The notes beneath the pieces were generated by a model that saw only the letters and a list, made by a program, of their open reading frames with translations, did no database searches and was not told the origin of the DNA. Positions 44,531 through 53,958 of a DNA stretch of 64,000 nt are shown here, piece after piece (position 1 is the first letter of the stretch; each line of letters starts with the position of its first letter). This stretch comes from a virus, in IMG/VR virus record IMGVR_UViG_3300038463_000401. One strand, given 5' to 3'. The position numbers and the translations under genes were made by a program.

Positions 44531-46764
44531 GCGTTGCTGACTACTACCTGCAGAAGTGCACTGACGCAATCGCAGAAGATGCGGCACTTCTTTTGGCTAA
44601 GTTGTCCAACCCCGCTAGTCTCGTTGATGTGAACGTTACCGGCGCGCTTACGGAAGCGTCCAGTTTAGGCGACCTCGCTTCGCTAGCGGGGGATTACATC
44701 TCGAACAACGCAAGCGCACTGACGATGGCCGTGGTGGGGGCGACTAGCCTCAACAAGAACTCGCCGTTCTCAGCACTAAACGCCTTCATGAATATGCTGG
44801 CAAACTCCGTATCTGCCTACAACGACATGATTTTGATCTATGTGAAAAAGATAGCTAAGCAGATCGTTGAGGCCTTGAACAAGAAGATCGCGATCAACCA
44901 AACAGTCCAGGGCGATATCACCGCGCTGGTCAATACGTTGATCTCAATGAACCAGGGGCCAAAGGTCTTTGACGCGTATCTTACTCAGCTGCGCGCGGCA
45001 TTGATCCTCGTGGATCAGGGTAGGCGGGACATCCAGCTGACGACCAATACACTTCAGTCGCAGAGCTTTTTCCTCACGAAGACATTTCGTAAAGGCAAGA
45101 AAGAGATGGCGGCTGCCCAGAAGCTGATCAAGCCACTTGCCAAAAATCCGTACCTGAACCCTACGATTAAGTCAGTGGCTCTGAACCTAGGGATTCCCGA
45201 CAGCAGCCAGCAGATCGGCAACATCTTGGCGCTGCCAAAGCTGTGCCACAAGATCATAAGTGACGTGTCCAACTACGGCACGGTTACCCTGCTGGCAAAC
45301 GCGCAGCTGTCCTTCTATGCGTCGGCAGTTGCTATCCTTATAGATGGGTTGCCGAACATCCTTAAGCAGCAGCTCCTATCCATGCTCAACCAGACGTTGC
45401 AGCAGATCAACTCCCTTGAAGTCAGCATGGCCAATGTGCTTAATGGCAATCCTGGCGCTGTGGCTGGCCCGGTTAACGGGTTTATTCCTGTGCCGCTCAA
45501 AGTATCCGTAAATGCATACAAATGGATGATGGACATCAACCTCATCGTCAACGCACTCAAAGTCATTCCCGCAGACATCGTAGTGGTGCCGCCGCAGATA
45601 AATGGAACCGTACACCATGGCCAGCCCAACATTCTATATGCTGGGTCTGCTGGGCTGTTTAACAGCGTCAGCCTGGGCGACACGGTTTCGATTACTGGTG
45701 GCACTATCGTTACGCCGGGCGACTATATCGTTATGGTGAAGGGGGCGGGAAAGCTAACTTTGGACCGAGCTGCGTATGTGCCTAAGCCTGGGGCGCCCAT
45801 AATAAATCTGCCGCTCTCCCCAAACGACGTACAGTACTCGATCATCACTGACGGGGCGCTTTCGAAGTTCCAGCTCAGTCAAGGGCCCGTCATTGTTTAT
45901 GAGCAGTCAGTCGCGTTGATTGCGAGGGAAGGGAACCGTAGAAGCGGTTCCGGCCTACTTCTAGCGAAAGAAGGCCAGGAGAACTTTGCGTATTTCCAAG
46001 AGCAGCTTATTGGCCTCATGACAGAAGCAATGGTCGGCGTGGCATCTACGTCCGTACGCACTAGCGCGATCGCCGAGGGGCAGGCGCTGATAGAACACTG
46101 CAACCTGTCTATGGCTCAGGACAGGGAGATCATTGGCTACCTCACCACGTTCATCAATACGCCTATACCGCTTGAGGATACCCTTAACCAGATTGAGGCT
46201 GGCCTTGCGAAGCTATTGAAAGACCTCGGTCTGGATAAAGCATCCGATGCTTTGGCCAAGGGGGATTTCAAATCTCTGCTTGGGATGAACGGTAAGAACG
46301 CAACATATATTGGCGCTGCCCTGGAGACCTTGGCCTTCTTAAAGCAGTGCTTCCCGGACCAAACGAGTCTTAATAAGTTCATCCAGATAGAGAATTCCAT
46401 TAAAGGCGATCAGAACCTTTTAAATGTCAAGGTATCTTTCAATTTTGACCTAGCCATTTTTAAGAACCTGGCTGCCTGCACAGACTTCACGAACTTGGCC
46501 AATCTTTTCAACAGCAAAGAATTCCTTTGTGCACTCGCCGGAGGGGCTGGGCTCGCCGCGCAAGCAGCTGGCTCGGCTGTCGCTAGCACGGCCACTACGG
46601 CCGCGGGCGCCATCTCCTCAGGGGCTGGGTCGGCTTTCTCCGCACTAAGCGATATGCTGTCCTTTCCAGACTCCCCTCCGTCGGCGGTTAATGGGGTTCC
46701 GGCCGCGCCATCTAATGTGGTCCCGGACGCAGCTGCGGCATCCATCGCCGCCAAAGCGCTATAA
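44527..46764 (+). CDS. large hypothetical structural-region protein (745 aa)
   Basis: Coupled ORF; helical ends with a central beta-rich insert. Confidence 0.7.
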   Translation: MSVADYYLQKCTDAIAEDAALLLAKLSNPASLVDVNVTGALTEASSLGDLASLAGDYISNNASALTMAVVGATSLNKNSPFSALNAFMNMLANSVSAYNDMILIYVKKIAKQIVEALNKKIAINQTVQGDITALVNTLISMNQGPKVFDAYLTQLRAALILVDQGRRDIQLTTNTLQSQSFFLTKTFRKGKKEMAAAQKLIKPLAKNPYLNPTIKSVALNLGIPDSSQQIGNILALPKLCHKIISDVSNYGTVTLLANAQLSFYASAVAILIDGLPNILKQQLLSMLNQTLQQINSLEVSMANVLNGNPGAVAGPVNGFIPVPLKVSVNAYKWMMDINLIVNALKVIPADIVVVPPQINGTVHHGQPNILYAGSAGLFNSVSLGDTVSITGGTIVTPGDYIVMVKGAGKLTLDRAAYVPKPGAPIINLPLSPNDVQYSIITDGALSKFQLSQGPVIVYEQSVALIAREGNRRSGSGLLLAKEGQENFAYFQEQLIGLMTEAMVGVASTSVRTSAIAEGQALIEHCNLSMAQDREIIGYLTTFINTPIPLEDTLNQIEAGLAKLLKDLGLDKASDALAKGDFKSLLGMNGKNATYIGAALETLAFLKQCFPDQTSLNKFIQIENSIKGDQNLLNVKVSFNFDLAIFKNLAACTDFTNLANLFNSKEFLCALAGGAGLAAQAAGSAVASTATTAAGAISSGAGSAFSALSDMLSFPDSPPSAVNGVPAAPSNVVPDAAAASIAAKAL

Positions 46765-46773
46765 GGTGGTCCA

Positions 46774-47205
46774 ATGGCAGCAGGCAGCTTAAGTGGGGAC
46801 ATCCAAGTAATTACCGCAGACCCGGTAACGGGCCGAATCACGTTTGGTCTTGTCCCGCGAATCCTTACTGGTATGCCAAAGCTTATTCAAATCGTAGTAT
46901 TATCGTTACTAAACAGCCCGGGAAAGGATATACTTAAGCCGGCGGATGGTGGCGGTATTTTGAATCTGGTCGGCAGCAACATCTCGTCGACCGACTCCAC
47001 GATGATCCTGGCTGAGCTGAACCGGGCCGTGAAGAAGAGTCAGACCGAGATCATAAATTACCAGACAGGGTTAGGCGCGCCGGCGGAAGAGTCATTAAAG
47101 GAGCTTCAAGTGCTTAGCCTCACGGAGGGCGAAAACATCGACGAAGTCCTTTTAAGTATTAGGATTATCAACCAGGCTGGCCGCATCTCCGACGTGGTGC
47201 TCTAA
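46774..47205 (+). CDS. baseplate wedge protein, gp25/GPW-like
   Basis: KLIQIVVLSLL..PG..GGG..L; precedes the J-like gene. Confidence 0.65.
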   Translation: MAAGSLSGDIQVITADPVTGRITFGLVPRILTGMPKLIQIVVLSLLNSPGKDILKPADGGGILNLVGSNISSTDSTMILAELNRAVKKSQTEIINYQTGLGAPAEESLKELQVLSLTEGENIDEVLLSIRIINQAGRISDVVL

Positions 47206-49643
47206 TGGCTACACTGCCCATCGCAGAATACCTAACCGAGCATCTTAGCGAGTTCGACCCGACGTTCGACCTTCGGCAGGGCACGGGCTTTGAGCAGCTC
47301 TTCTTCGAGCCGCTCCAGTTCTTAGTCCAGCCGCTCATCGATGAAGTCAATACGCTCATCGTTGCGCAGAGCTTCCGGCGCATTCTTCTGACCACCGATC
47401 CCGATACGTTTGACGCAGAATCGGTGGACTCCCTCGCTAATAACCTCTTCGTTTACCGGAACACCGGTTCTCTAAGCGGCGGCGTGGCGCGCGTTTACTA
47501 CAGCAACCCGGTCAACCGCGAGTGGCCAGTCAGCGGGGCACTTTTCGCCGGCAGTAACGGGGCGAGCTACTCCAACCCTGCACCGTTCCAGATCACCTCT
47601 GCCAGTATGAGCACGCAGATCGAGGGTGGTCAATACTACTACGACATCCCGGTAGCTGCGACGACCACCGGCAACAATGACCTCATCGCCGGCGGCCTTG
47701 TCTCTCTGAATAACGACCCCGACTACCTCTCAGTAACGAACAAGCTAGCTTTTGAAGGCGGCGAGCCGGCTGAGACGAACACCCAGCTAATTACCAGAAC
47801 GCAGAACTCCATTGCTGTTCGGGATATGGTTACGGGCAAGGGGTTCAACGCGATCTTCTTCGGCAACTTCCAAGCGTTTCTTTCAGAAGTGCAGCCGATC
47901 GGCTTCGGCGACCCTGAGATGATGCGCGACGTGGTTTATAACACGCACATTGGCGGGCGCGTCGACGGGTACGTGAAGACGTCTAGTATCACTCAAGGCT
48001 CAAAAACCTTTGTTGGTCTGACCTTGGACACCACGCGGCAATCTTTTGCAAGTACGAACCTGGTGATGACGGGCACCAATCCGCAAAACGTGGGCAACCC
48101 AAACATCGACGAGTCAAACAACCGCGCTCCGATTGTGCAGCAGATCAAGCTTTCGACTGGTGCTAGCTACACGAGCACTGTCACTTCCTGGCCGGTAAGC
48201 CTGGCCTCGAACTCATACCTATACCTCGGCATAGACGGGACGTTCTTCAATATCCCAGTTGCCGGTTTAAACCCCAGCGCTACCACGCTGAACGAAGTGA
48301 TCAACGCTATTAATACGGCGTTCGGCTTTACCGTTGCTAAGCCTGTTGGCGCGACGTACAAGCTCGTGTCCCCCACCATTGGCACTGGGAGCCAGATCGC
48401 CACAGGCACCCCACCTATCGGAGTTAATGCGGCCAGCACCCTTGGTCTTGGGGCTGGTGTCATCAATCAAGGCACTGGGCCGATTGTCTTCATCAAGGGC
48501 GTGGACTACACGGTTGATGATTTAAACGGAACCATCACGCGCATACCAAAGTCCCCCTCCCTAGTTCCACTGCAGTCCACCGGGGCGACCGCGGCGAACA
48601 GCAGCACGTTTACAGATGTGACCGCTGGCGTGTTTACTAGCGTAGTCGTGAACGACATCCTGACTATCTCGACCGGCCCTGATGCTGGTGATTACCGCGT
48701 GCTTTCCAACGGTGGGCCGTTTGTTACTGCAATCACGCTAGATGAAAAACTGACCACTACTGCTAGTAGCGTGCAATACTCCGTCTCTCAACCCGGCATC
48801 AAGAACAATGAGACGGTGTACGTTCAGTACTACTTCAACCCGCTCTCGATCGATATCGGCGGCTTGGTCGTGTTGGACACCTATGGCGCAGTGCGTGGCA
48901 TCCGCCCTGGGCGCGCGAGCTCTGTCATCACCGACACTGCGTTCTTGCGCATCAACTCCATCGAGCTGATTGACCCGCTAACTCTCGAGCCGATCGGGAC
49001 TGTGCTTAATGGCCTTGGCGGCTATGGCGCCGGCCCATACGGCGGCGGTCCTTACGGTATTGGCTCAGGCGCTGATTATTACCTCGTAGTGAACGTGCCC
49101 ACCGCGCGGTTCTCGGCCTTTGAGGACAGCTACATCGTCATAAGCTCGGCCTACTTGGGCTTTAGCTTTCAAGTCAATTACGACTACGTGCCGGAGATCC
49201 AAGAGCTACATGCCTTCGCGTCGTCGGATGCCGAGCGTGTCCTCGACGGCGATGTGTTGATGAAACACATGGTGCCGGCGTATGTGGCAGGGAACATAAA
49301 CTACAAGTATGACCAGACGAATACCGCTATCCCCAACCAGGCCACCCTTCAAGCCCTGGTGAACGAGTTCATCTCTGGTCGCCCATCCGGCACCGATTTA
49401 GTCTTCTCAGAGATCGAGCAGTTCATCATAAGGGTTACAGACCCCTATGACCGGTTTGGTACAGAGGTGGACAACTTCCAGCTCACCGCCACTATCTTGA
49501 ACGAAGACGGGTCAACTACTACGGTGAATGGGACGAACAAGCTAGTCATCCCGACCAACACGCCGCAGTTCACGACTAAGCCGCTATCCCCGCGGATTGC
49601 GCATTGGATTGGTGAGAACGTGACCTTAACGCTGTTGCCGTGA
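47205..49643 (+). CDS. baseplate J-like wedge protein
   Basis: N-terminal F.P.L, FEGGEPAETNTQLITR..R.MVTG.G baseplate-J pattern. Confidence 0.75.
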   Translation: MATLPIAEYLTEHLSEFDPTFDLRQGTGFEQLFFEPLQFLVQPLIDEVNTLIVAQSFRRILLTTDPDTFDAESVDSLANNLFVYRNTGSLSGGVARVYYSNPVNREWPVSGALFAGSNGASYSNPAPFQITSASMSTQIEGGQYYYDIPVAATTTGNNDLIAGGLVSLNNDPDYLSVTNKLAFEGGEPAETNTQLITRTQNSIAVRDMVTGKGFNAIFFGNFQAFLSEVQPIGFGDPEMMRDVVYNTHIGGRVDGYVKTSSITQGSKTFVGLTLDTTRQSFASTNLVMTGTNPQNVGNPNIDESNNRAPIVQQIKLSTGASYTSTVTSWPVSLASNSYLYLGIDGTFFNIPVAGLNPSATTLNEVINAINTAFGFTVAKPVGATYKLVSPTIGTGSQIATGTPPIGVNAASTLGLGAGVINQGTGPIVFIKGVDYTVDDLNGTITRIPKSPSLVPLQSTGATAANSSTFTDVTAGVFTSVVVNDILTISTGPDAGDYRVLSNGGPFVTAITLDEKLTTTASSVQYSVSQPGIKNNETVYVQYYFNPLSIDIGGLVVLDTYGAVRGIRPGRASSVITDTAFLRINSIELIDPLTLEPIGTVLNGLGGYGAGPYGGGPYGIGSGADYYLVVNVPTARFSAFEDSYIVISSAYLGFSFQVNYDYVPEIQELHAFASSDAERVLDGDVLMKHMVPAYVAGNINYKYDQTNTAIPNQATLQALVNEFISGRPSGTDLVFSEIEQFIIRVTDPYDRFGTEVDNFQLTATILNEDGSTTTVNGTNKLVIPTNTPQFTTKPLSPRIAHWIGENVTLTLLP

Positions 49644-49653
49644 TAGGTGTAAA

Positions 49654-50487
49654 ATTCCATTCAAATCACAAGCCCAAAGACGGAAATTCTATGCCATGGC
49701 CAACCGTGGCGAGATGTCTCCAGAGACTGTAAAGACGTGGGAAGAGCACACGCCTAAGGGCAAGAAACTCCCTGAAAGGGTAGGTATGAAGAAGAAAGCT
49801 TTCTTCGAAGGATTCGACAAGCGCGCCGACCAAGTCGCTGGCGCTCAAGGTGAGCCAGGAGAGCCGCTACCGGCAGAAGGCGCAGCGCCTGGCGGTGCCG
49901 CGGGTCCGCCGCCTAACCAGCCGGAGAAGCTTTTAAAGTGGAATCCGGCGGGCGGCGTCGACCCTCGCTCTCCGGAAGAGATGGCAGCTGCTCAGGCGGT
50001 CGATTTGATAACCCTCCCTGAGGGCGTGGACGCGGCCTCTTGTATGAACTGCCAGTTCTTCCGGATGCTTGACCCGGCGTTAGGAACAGGTTTCTGCACT
50101 AACCCGAATGTCAAGCTGGACGTCACGACGAAGATGCACTGCTCGCAATGGAACGCACCGGATACCTACCGGGCGTGGGAAGCACTCGACCCCTCGGCCG
50201 TGCCGGATGCGGGCATCATGGGTGAAGCGGGTTCGCTGCAAGACGGCACGATGCCGATGGAGCCGGGCGCGGTCGGGCCAGATGGACAACCGCTGGCTCC
50301 GGAAGGTGGCGCGCCGCCGGAAGGCGAGCCGAAGCCCAAAGCCAAGCCGAAGGCTAAGCCCAAAGAGAAGTCTGAGGGCGGTGGCGGCACCAACGTGCAC
50401 GTCCACGTCGGCGGCGCTGGCGAGAAGAAAGAGGAGAAGGGGTCGGAGAAGAAGGCCTACGCCTTCTGGAACGGGTTTGACACTTGA
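49654..50487 (+). CDS. motif-bearing protein 1 with a 4-Cys (HiPIP-like) domain; probable ATT start
   Basis: Frame open from ATT 49654 (PFKSQAQRRKFYAM..); CMNCQFF..GFC..V..HCSQW; two KKA-FxxGF motifs. Confidence 0.7.
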   Translation: MPFKSQAQRRKFYAMANRGEMSPETVKTWEEHTPKGKKLPERVGMKKKAFFEGFDKRADQVAGAQGEPGEPLPAEGAAPGGAAGPPPNQPEKLLKWNPAGGVDPRSPEEMAAAQAVDLITLPEGVDAASCMNCQFFRMLDPALGTGFCTNPNVKLDVTTKMHCSQWNAPDTYRAWEALDPSAVPDAGIMGEAGSLQDGTMPMEPGAVGPDGQPLAPEGGAPPEGEPKPKAKPKAKPKEKSEGGGGTNVHVHVGGAGEKKEEKGSEKKAYAFWNGFDT

Positions 50488-50747
50488 GTCCTTCCTTCTG
50501 GCAATCCTTCGAGAAGCGCGCGTCCGGATCTGGATCCGGTAATGCAGCGGGCGGAGGCTTTACCGGAACGGGTAAGGGCAACCTTGGGACTGCGGAGCGC
50601 GATCACATCAATGGTACGATGCGCAGCCCCCAAGACACCAAGGTCGACACAGCACTGCTGGATCGCGACCGCACCTGCCGAACTGAAGATCCGTTCAGCA
50701 CTGGCCCTGAGTTCCAAGACGAGACCAACCCGCATATTAGGTACTAG
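50484..50747 (+). CDS. motif-bearing protein 2 (87 aa)
   Basis: TTG overlapping the upstream TGA; starts SFWQSFEKRA. Confidence 0.65.
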   Translation: MSPSFWQSFEKRASGSGSGNAAGGGFTGTGKGNLGTAERDHINGTMRSPQDTKVDTALLDRDRTCRTEDPFSTGPEFQDETNPHIRY

Positions 50748-50748
50748 C

Positions 50749-51678
50749 GTGGCACAGGAAGCGTCATCGCCGGGCAAGAAGCGCTTCCACAAGCGCGTCG
50801 ACGCTGCGCTTGCCAAGGGACATTCATTACTGATCCATTACAAGAAGCTGAACGGTCGCACAGTTAAGCGTAAGATAGAGCCTCGGTCGTGGCGCGGCCA
50901 CACCTTAGTCGCATACGATCACAAGAGAAAGGCCGTCCGGTCTTTTAGAATGGAAAGGGTGAAGCACATGGAGAAGGCCGCGGGTATGAATTATTACCGC
51001 CTCCCCAAGGGTCATCCCCACTACCACTTAACGACGCAGTCTGGCCCTAACGCCGGAGCAATAGCCTCCGTTCACCCCGTCAAGCAATGGGAGCAACATA
51101 AAGTGGACGAATCTTCTATGACCAGGACAGGGGGACCCTCTTTAAACAAAGAGGCGGCCGATGAACCCAAACACGACCCCGCCACCTTCAGCCATTGGGC
51201 TAGCGGACTTGGCAAGAGATTTGCCACGATAGACAATTCGCTCGAGAAGGAGCTGATTGAGAAGAAGGCGTTTTGGGTTGGGTTCTCCAAACAAGCCTCT
51301 GATAAGCACAAGACGCGCTCAAAATATATAACTGCGGGATCTGCACTAGGTGGCGCTGGCGCAGGTGCCCTAACCGGGGCCGAAGAGGGTTTTAGCCCTA
51401 AACATACGGCGTTGCTAGCCGCAGGGGGAGGGGTCCTTGGCGGCTTAGCCGGATATCTTGGTGCTAAGCGCAGCGAGAAGCACGCCTCTGCCTTCGCCCA
51501 CGCCGCCGAGCTCGGCGGCCTCGGTGTCCTCGCCGCACCGGCAATCCAGCACCTCCGCGGCAAAGAAATGAGCGAAGGGGCTAAGGCCAAGACCGAAGTT
51601 GCTGGCCTCGGCATCCTAGCGGCGCCCAGTCTCCATGCCGCGGGCAAGGGCTTGCTTGCCAAGGCGATGAAGCGCTAA
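50749..51678 (+). CDS. motif-bearing protein 3: WYL domain plus glycine-zipper helices
   Basis: GTG 2 nt after the upstream stop; IHY..G..RKIEP..LVAYD..RSFRMERV; EKKAFWVGFSKQA. Confidence 0.75.
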   Translation: MAQEASSPGKKRFHKRVDAALAKGHSLLIHYKKLNGRTVKRKIEPRSWRGHTLVAYDHKRKAVRSFRMERVKHMEKAAGMNYYRLPKGHPHYHLTTQSGPNAGAIASVHPVKQWEQHKVDESSMTRTGGPSLNKEAADEPKHDPATFSHWASGLGKRFATIDNSLEKELIEKKAFWVGFSKQASDKHKTRSKYITAGSALGGAGAGALTGAEEGFSPKHTALLAAGGGVLGGLAGYLGAKRSEKHASAFAHAAELGGLGVLAAPAIQHLRGKEMSEGAKAKTEVAGLGILAAPSLHAAGKGLLAKAMKR

Positions 51679-53252
51679 TGCCGTCTAGCCAATACCTCGA
51701 CTTTATCGGCTCAGTCTGGGAGAACCTCCCGGACGTTGATAAAGCACGTCTTGGCGAGCTCTGGTTCGGCTATGAGCGCGTGTTCGCGTCGGTCTACCAG
51801 ACGTTCATGGAGGCCCGGCTCAACATCGCCCAGCAGACGATGCTGCCGTATTCGACACAGCGCTGGCTGCCATACACGTTCGACAGCGCAACCTTCGTCA
51901 GCCAGCCCGCGGTGGTCACGTCGAATCAAGACCTATCCCTAGGGATCAACCTCGCTGTGCGCTCCTCGCTCTACATCAAGCTCAATGGCGGTGCGCCCGT
52001 CCTTGTAAATATACAAGGCCTGAACCCCGGCAGCACCAAGGTCACCGAGATCATAGCCAAGATCAACGCGGCTTTTAACTTCAAGTTCGCGGCCGGCCTT
52101 TTCAGCAATTCGATCTTGCAGCTCACGTCGAACATCTCTGGACTGTCCTCAAGCATAGAGATCCTCCCGACGCCGAACCCTATGCAGGACGCGTCAGAGT
52201 TTGTGCTTGGCGTCATGAGCCCGGCGCTATACCCGAAGTTCCCCTACATCTATTCGCTGCCCTACGGCAAAGCCGCGTCCATACCCACGATTCAGGACAA
52301 GGTCCGTGATGAGTCGGTTACTGTCTTTTTGCAAGAGACAACAGACTACGAGCTCCTGGGCAATAATCTTATTGCCTTCGCAGCCGAGCCCCCGGCGGCT
52401 ATGTGGGCGCGGCGCTCTCTTTTTGACCAAGAGAACCCGTGGAATAACTTTGGTTTTCTGATGGGCATTTACGAGACGAACTCGCCTCGTTATGTCGATG
52501 TTTTGCAGGGGTTGTGGTACGCATTCTGGACTGGGCCCACACCAAACAATGTGAGGAACTCCCTCTATCTGCTGTTTGGTTTACCAACCGCACAGCAGAA
52601 TGGGGTTGTGAGCGGCCTTACCGCGACGACGATCACGCTGACTAACGCAGACAACACCGTGTCTACGTTCTCCATTCCGGGTAACCTCGACGCAATGGTA
52701 GTTCTAGGCCAAGAGGTGAAGAAGTTTGACCCACTTGTAACCGGCATACAGGTTTTCGATAAAGTCAATTCCCCTGGGTTCATAACGGAACAGATCGGGC
52801 GTGCCGGTATACAGCGGTTCCTCTTGCCTGAGGCGACGCGCGGGCCAGGCGATACCGACGAGACCAAGGCTATGCGGATGCTCGAGGAGCACTGCTTCCT
52901 GCCGCAGATCTCAGTTAATGCTTTTATCAATCAAGATATTAACTTAGGGAATGTGACGACGTTCCTGAACGCTATCAAGCCGCTCAGCAAAACCTATCTG
53001 TTCCAGATCGTTGTCGGGAACTTCCTCGACCCGCTGGGCCTTGACGACATGGCTGATCCTTCCGTGGACATGGACATCACAGAGAACGTAGACTCCAACG
53101 AGACAACGCTCCAGCCATCCACCGTGCTGCTGCCCTATGAGACCAACCCGAACGTCGGGCTCAATCTGGACCAGAACGGTGTATTATTGGAGGAGTCCTT
53201 GGAAATCGACGTTTACAGCTTCGGCGTTTTGGTCGACTCTTTTACCGCCTGA
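51678..53252 (+). CDS. baseplate wedge/tail protein (P2 gpI-like)
   Basis: QGLWYAFWTGPT..LYLLFGLP pattern; coupled start. Confidence 0.6.
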   Translation: MPSSQYLDFIGSVWENLPDVDKARLGELWFGYERVFASVYQTFMEARLNIAQQTMLPYSTQRWLPYTFDSATFVSQPAVVTSNQDLSLGINLAVRSSLYIKLNGGAPVLVNIQGLNPGSTKVTEIIAKINAAFNFKFAAGLFSNSILQLTSNISGLSSSIEILPTPNPMQDASEFVLGVMSPALYPKFPYIYSLPYGKAASIPTIQDKVRDESVTVFLQETTDYELLGNNLIAFAAEPPAAMWARRSLFDQENPWNNFGFLMGIYETNSPRYVDVLQGLWYAFWTGPTPNNVRNSLYLLFGLPTAQQNGVVSGLTATTITLTNADNTVSTFSIPGNLDAMVVLGQEVKKFDPLVTGIQVFDKVNSPGFITEQIGRAGIQRFLLPEATRGPGDTDETKAMRMLEEHCFLPQISVNAFINQDINLGNVTTFLNAIKPLSKTYLFQIVVGNFLDPLGLDDMADPSVDMDITENVDSNETTLQPSTVLLPYETNPNVGLNLDQNGVLLEESLEIDVYSFGVLVDSFTA

Positions 53253-53270
53253 TGTTACTCTGGAATCCTA

Positions 53271-53951
53271 TTGGAGAAACGGATGAAACGTGCTGCCCGG
53301 GAGTTAAAGGATAAGCTTAGCCCCAAGGGCCGCGTCGAGATCTTCATCTCGAGAGGGATGCCCGCGCTTAAGCTAGGCTTCCCGGTTGGAGATCCGTGCA
53401 ATAAGGTCTTCGAGTCCTGTGCGATTGACTTCTCTGGCGTGATGATGGTCCGCAGGCCGGAGATTTTAAACATCATCGTCAACCAGGGCAAGGATCAGGT
53501 CATCACCAACCTGACTCCTACCGGCGTAGTCTACCCGATCGTACGCATGTCGATCGGAGATCGCGGCACGATACCGTCTGACCAAACGGTGCCTAAGGTG
53601 CCAGTAGCCACGGCCACCACGCTATATGATGAAGTGTACCGGGATGACATCGACGCGACGGTTCTAAACGTCGGTACCCCGACAGTGCACCAAGTTCAGT
53701 TCGTCAAGGCATTTAGCTCTCTCGTCATTCCCCTCACATCCTTCTCAAACCAGGCCAATCCGATCGTTAATGAGGTGGGCCTGATCACCGCTAACCTCAA
53801 CATCACCCCACTGCCGCGCGCGCCTGTTGCTGCGCCGGCAACGCCGCCATCCGACGAGAAGCTCTTTGCCACGAGAACGTTTAACTCCGTCCCATTCCTG
53901 GCTGCGAACCAGATCGCAGTGACCGTCCGTTACACCATTTTCATCGAGTGA
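53271..53951 (+). CDS. tail collar / fibre-attachment protein (P2 gpH N-terminal-like)
   Basis: IVNQG..MSIGD.G..TLYDEVYR..NEVGL..LFATRTF. Confidence 0.65.
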   Translation: MEKRMKRAARELKDKLSPKGRVEIFISRGMPALKLGFPVGDPCNKVFESCAIDFSGVMMVRRPEILNIIVNQGKDQVITNLTPTGVVYPIVRMSIGDRGTIPSDQTVPKVPVATATTLYDEVYRDDIDATVLNVGTPTVHQVQFVKAFSSLVIPLTSFSNQANPIVNEVGLITANLNITPLPRAPVAAPATPPSDEKLFATRTFNSVPFLAANQIAVTVRYTIFIE

Positions 53952-53958
53952 ACGAACT

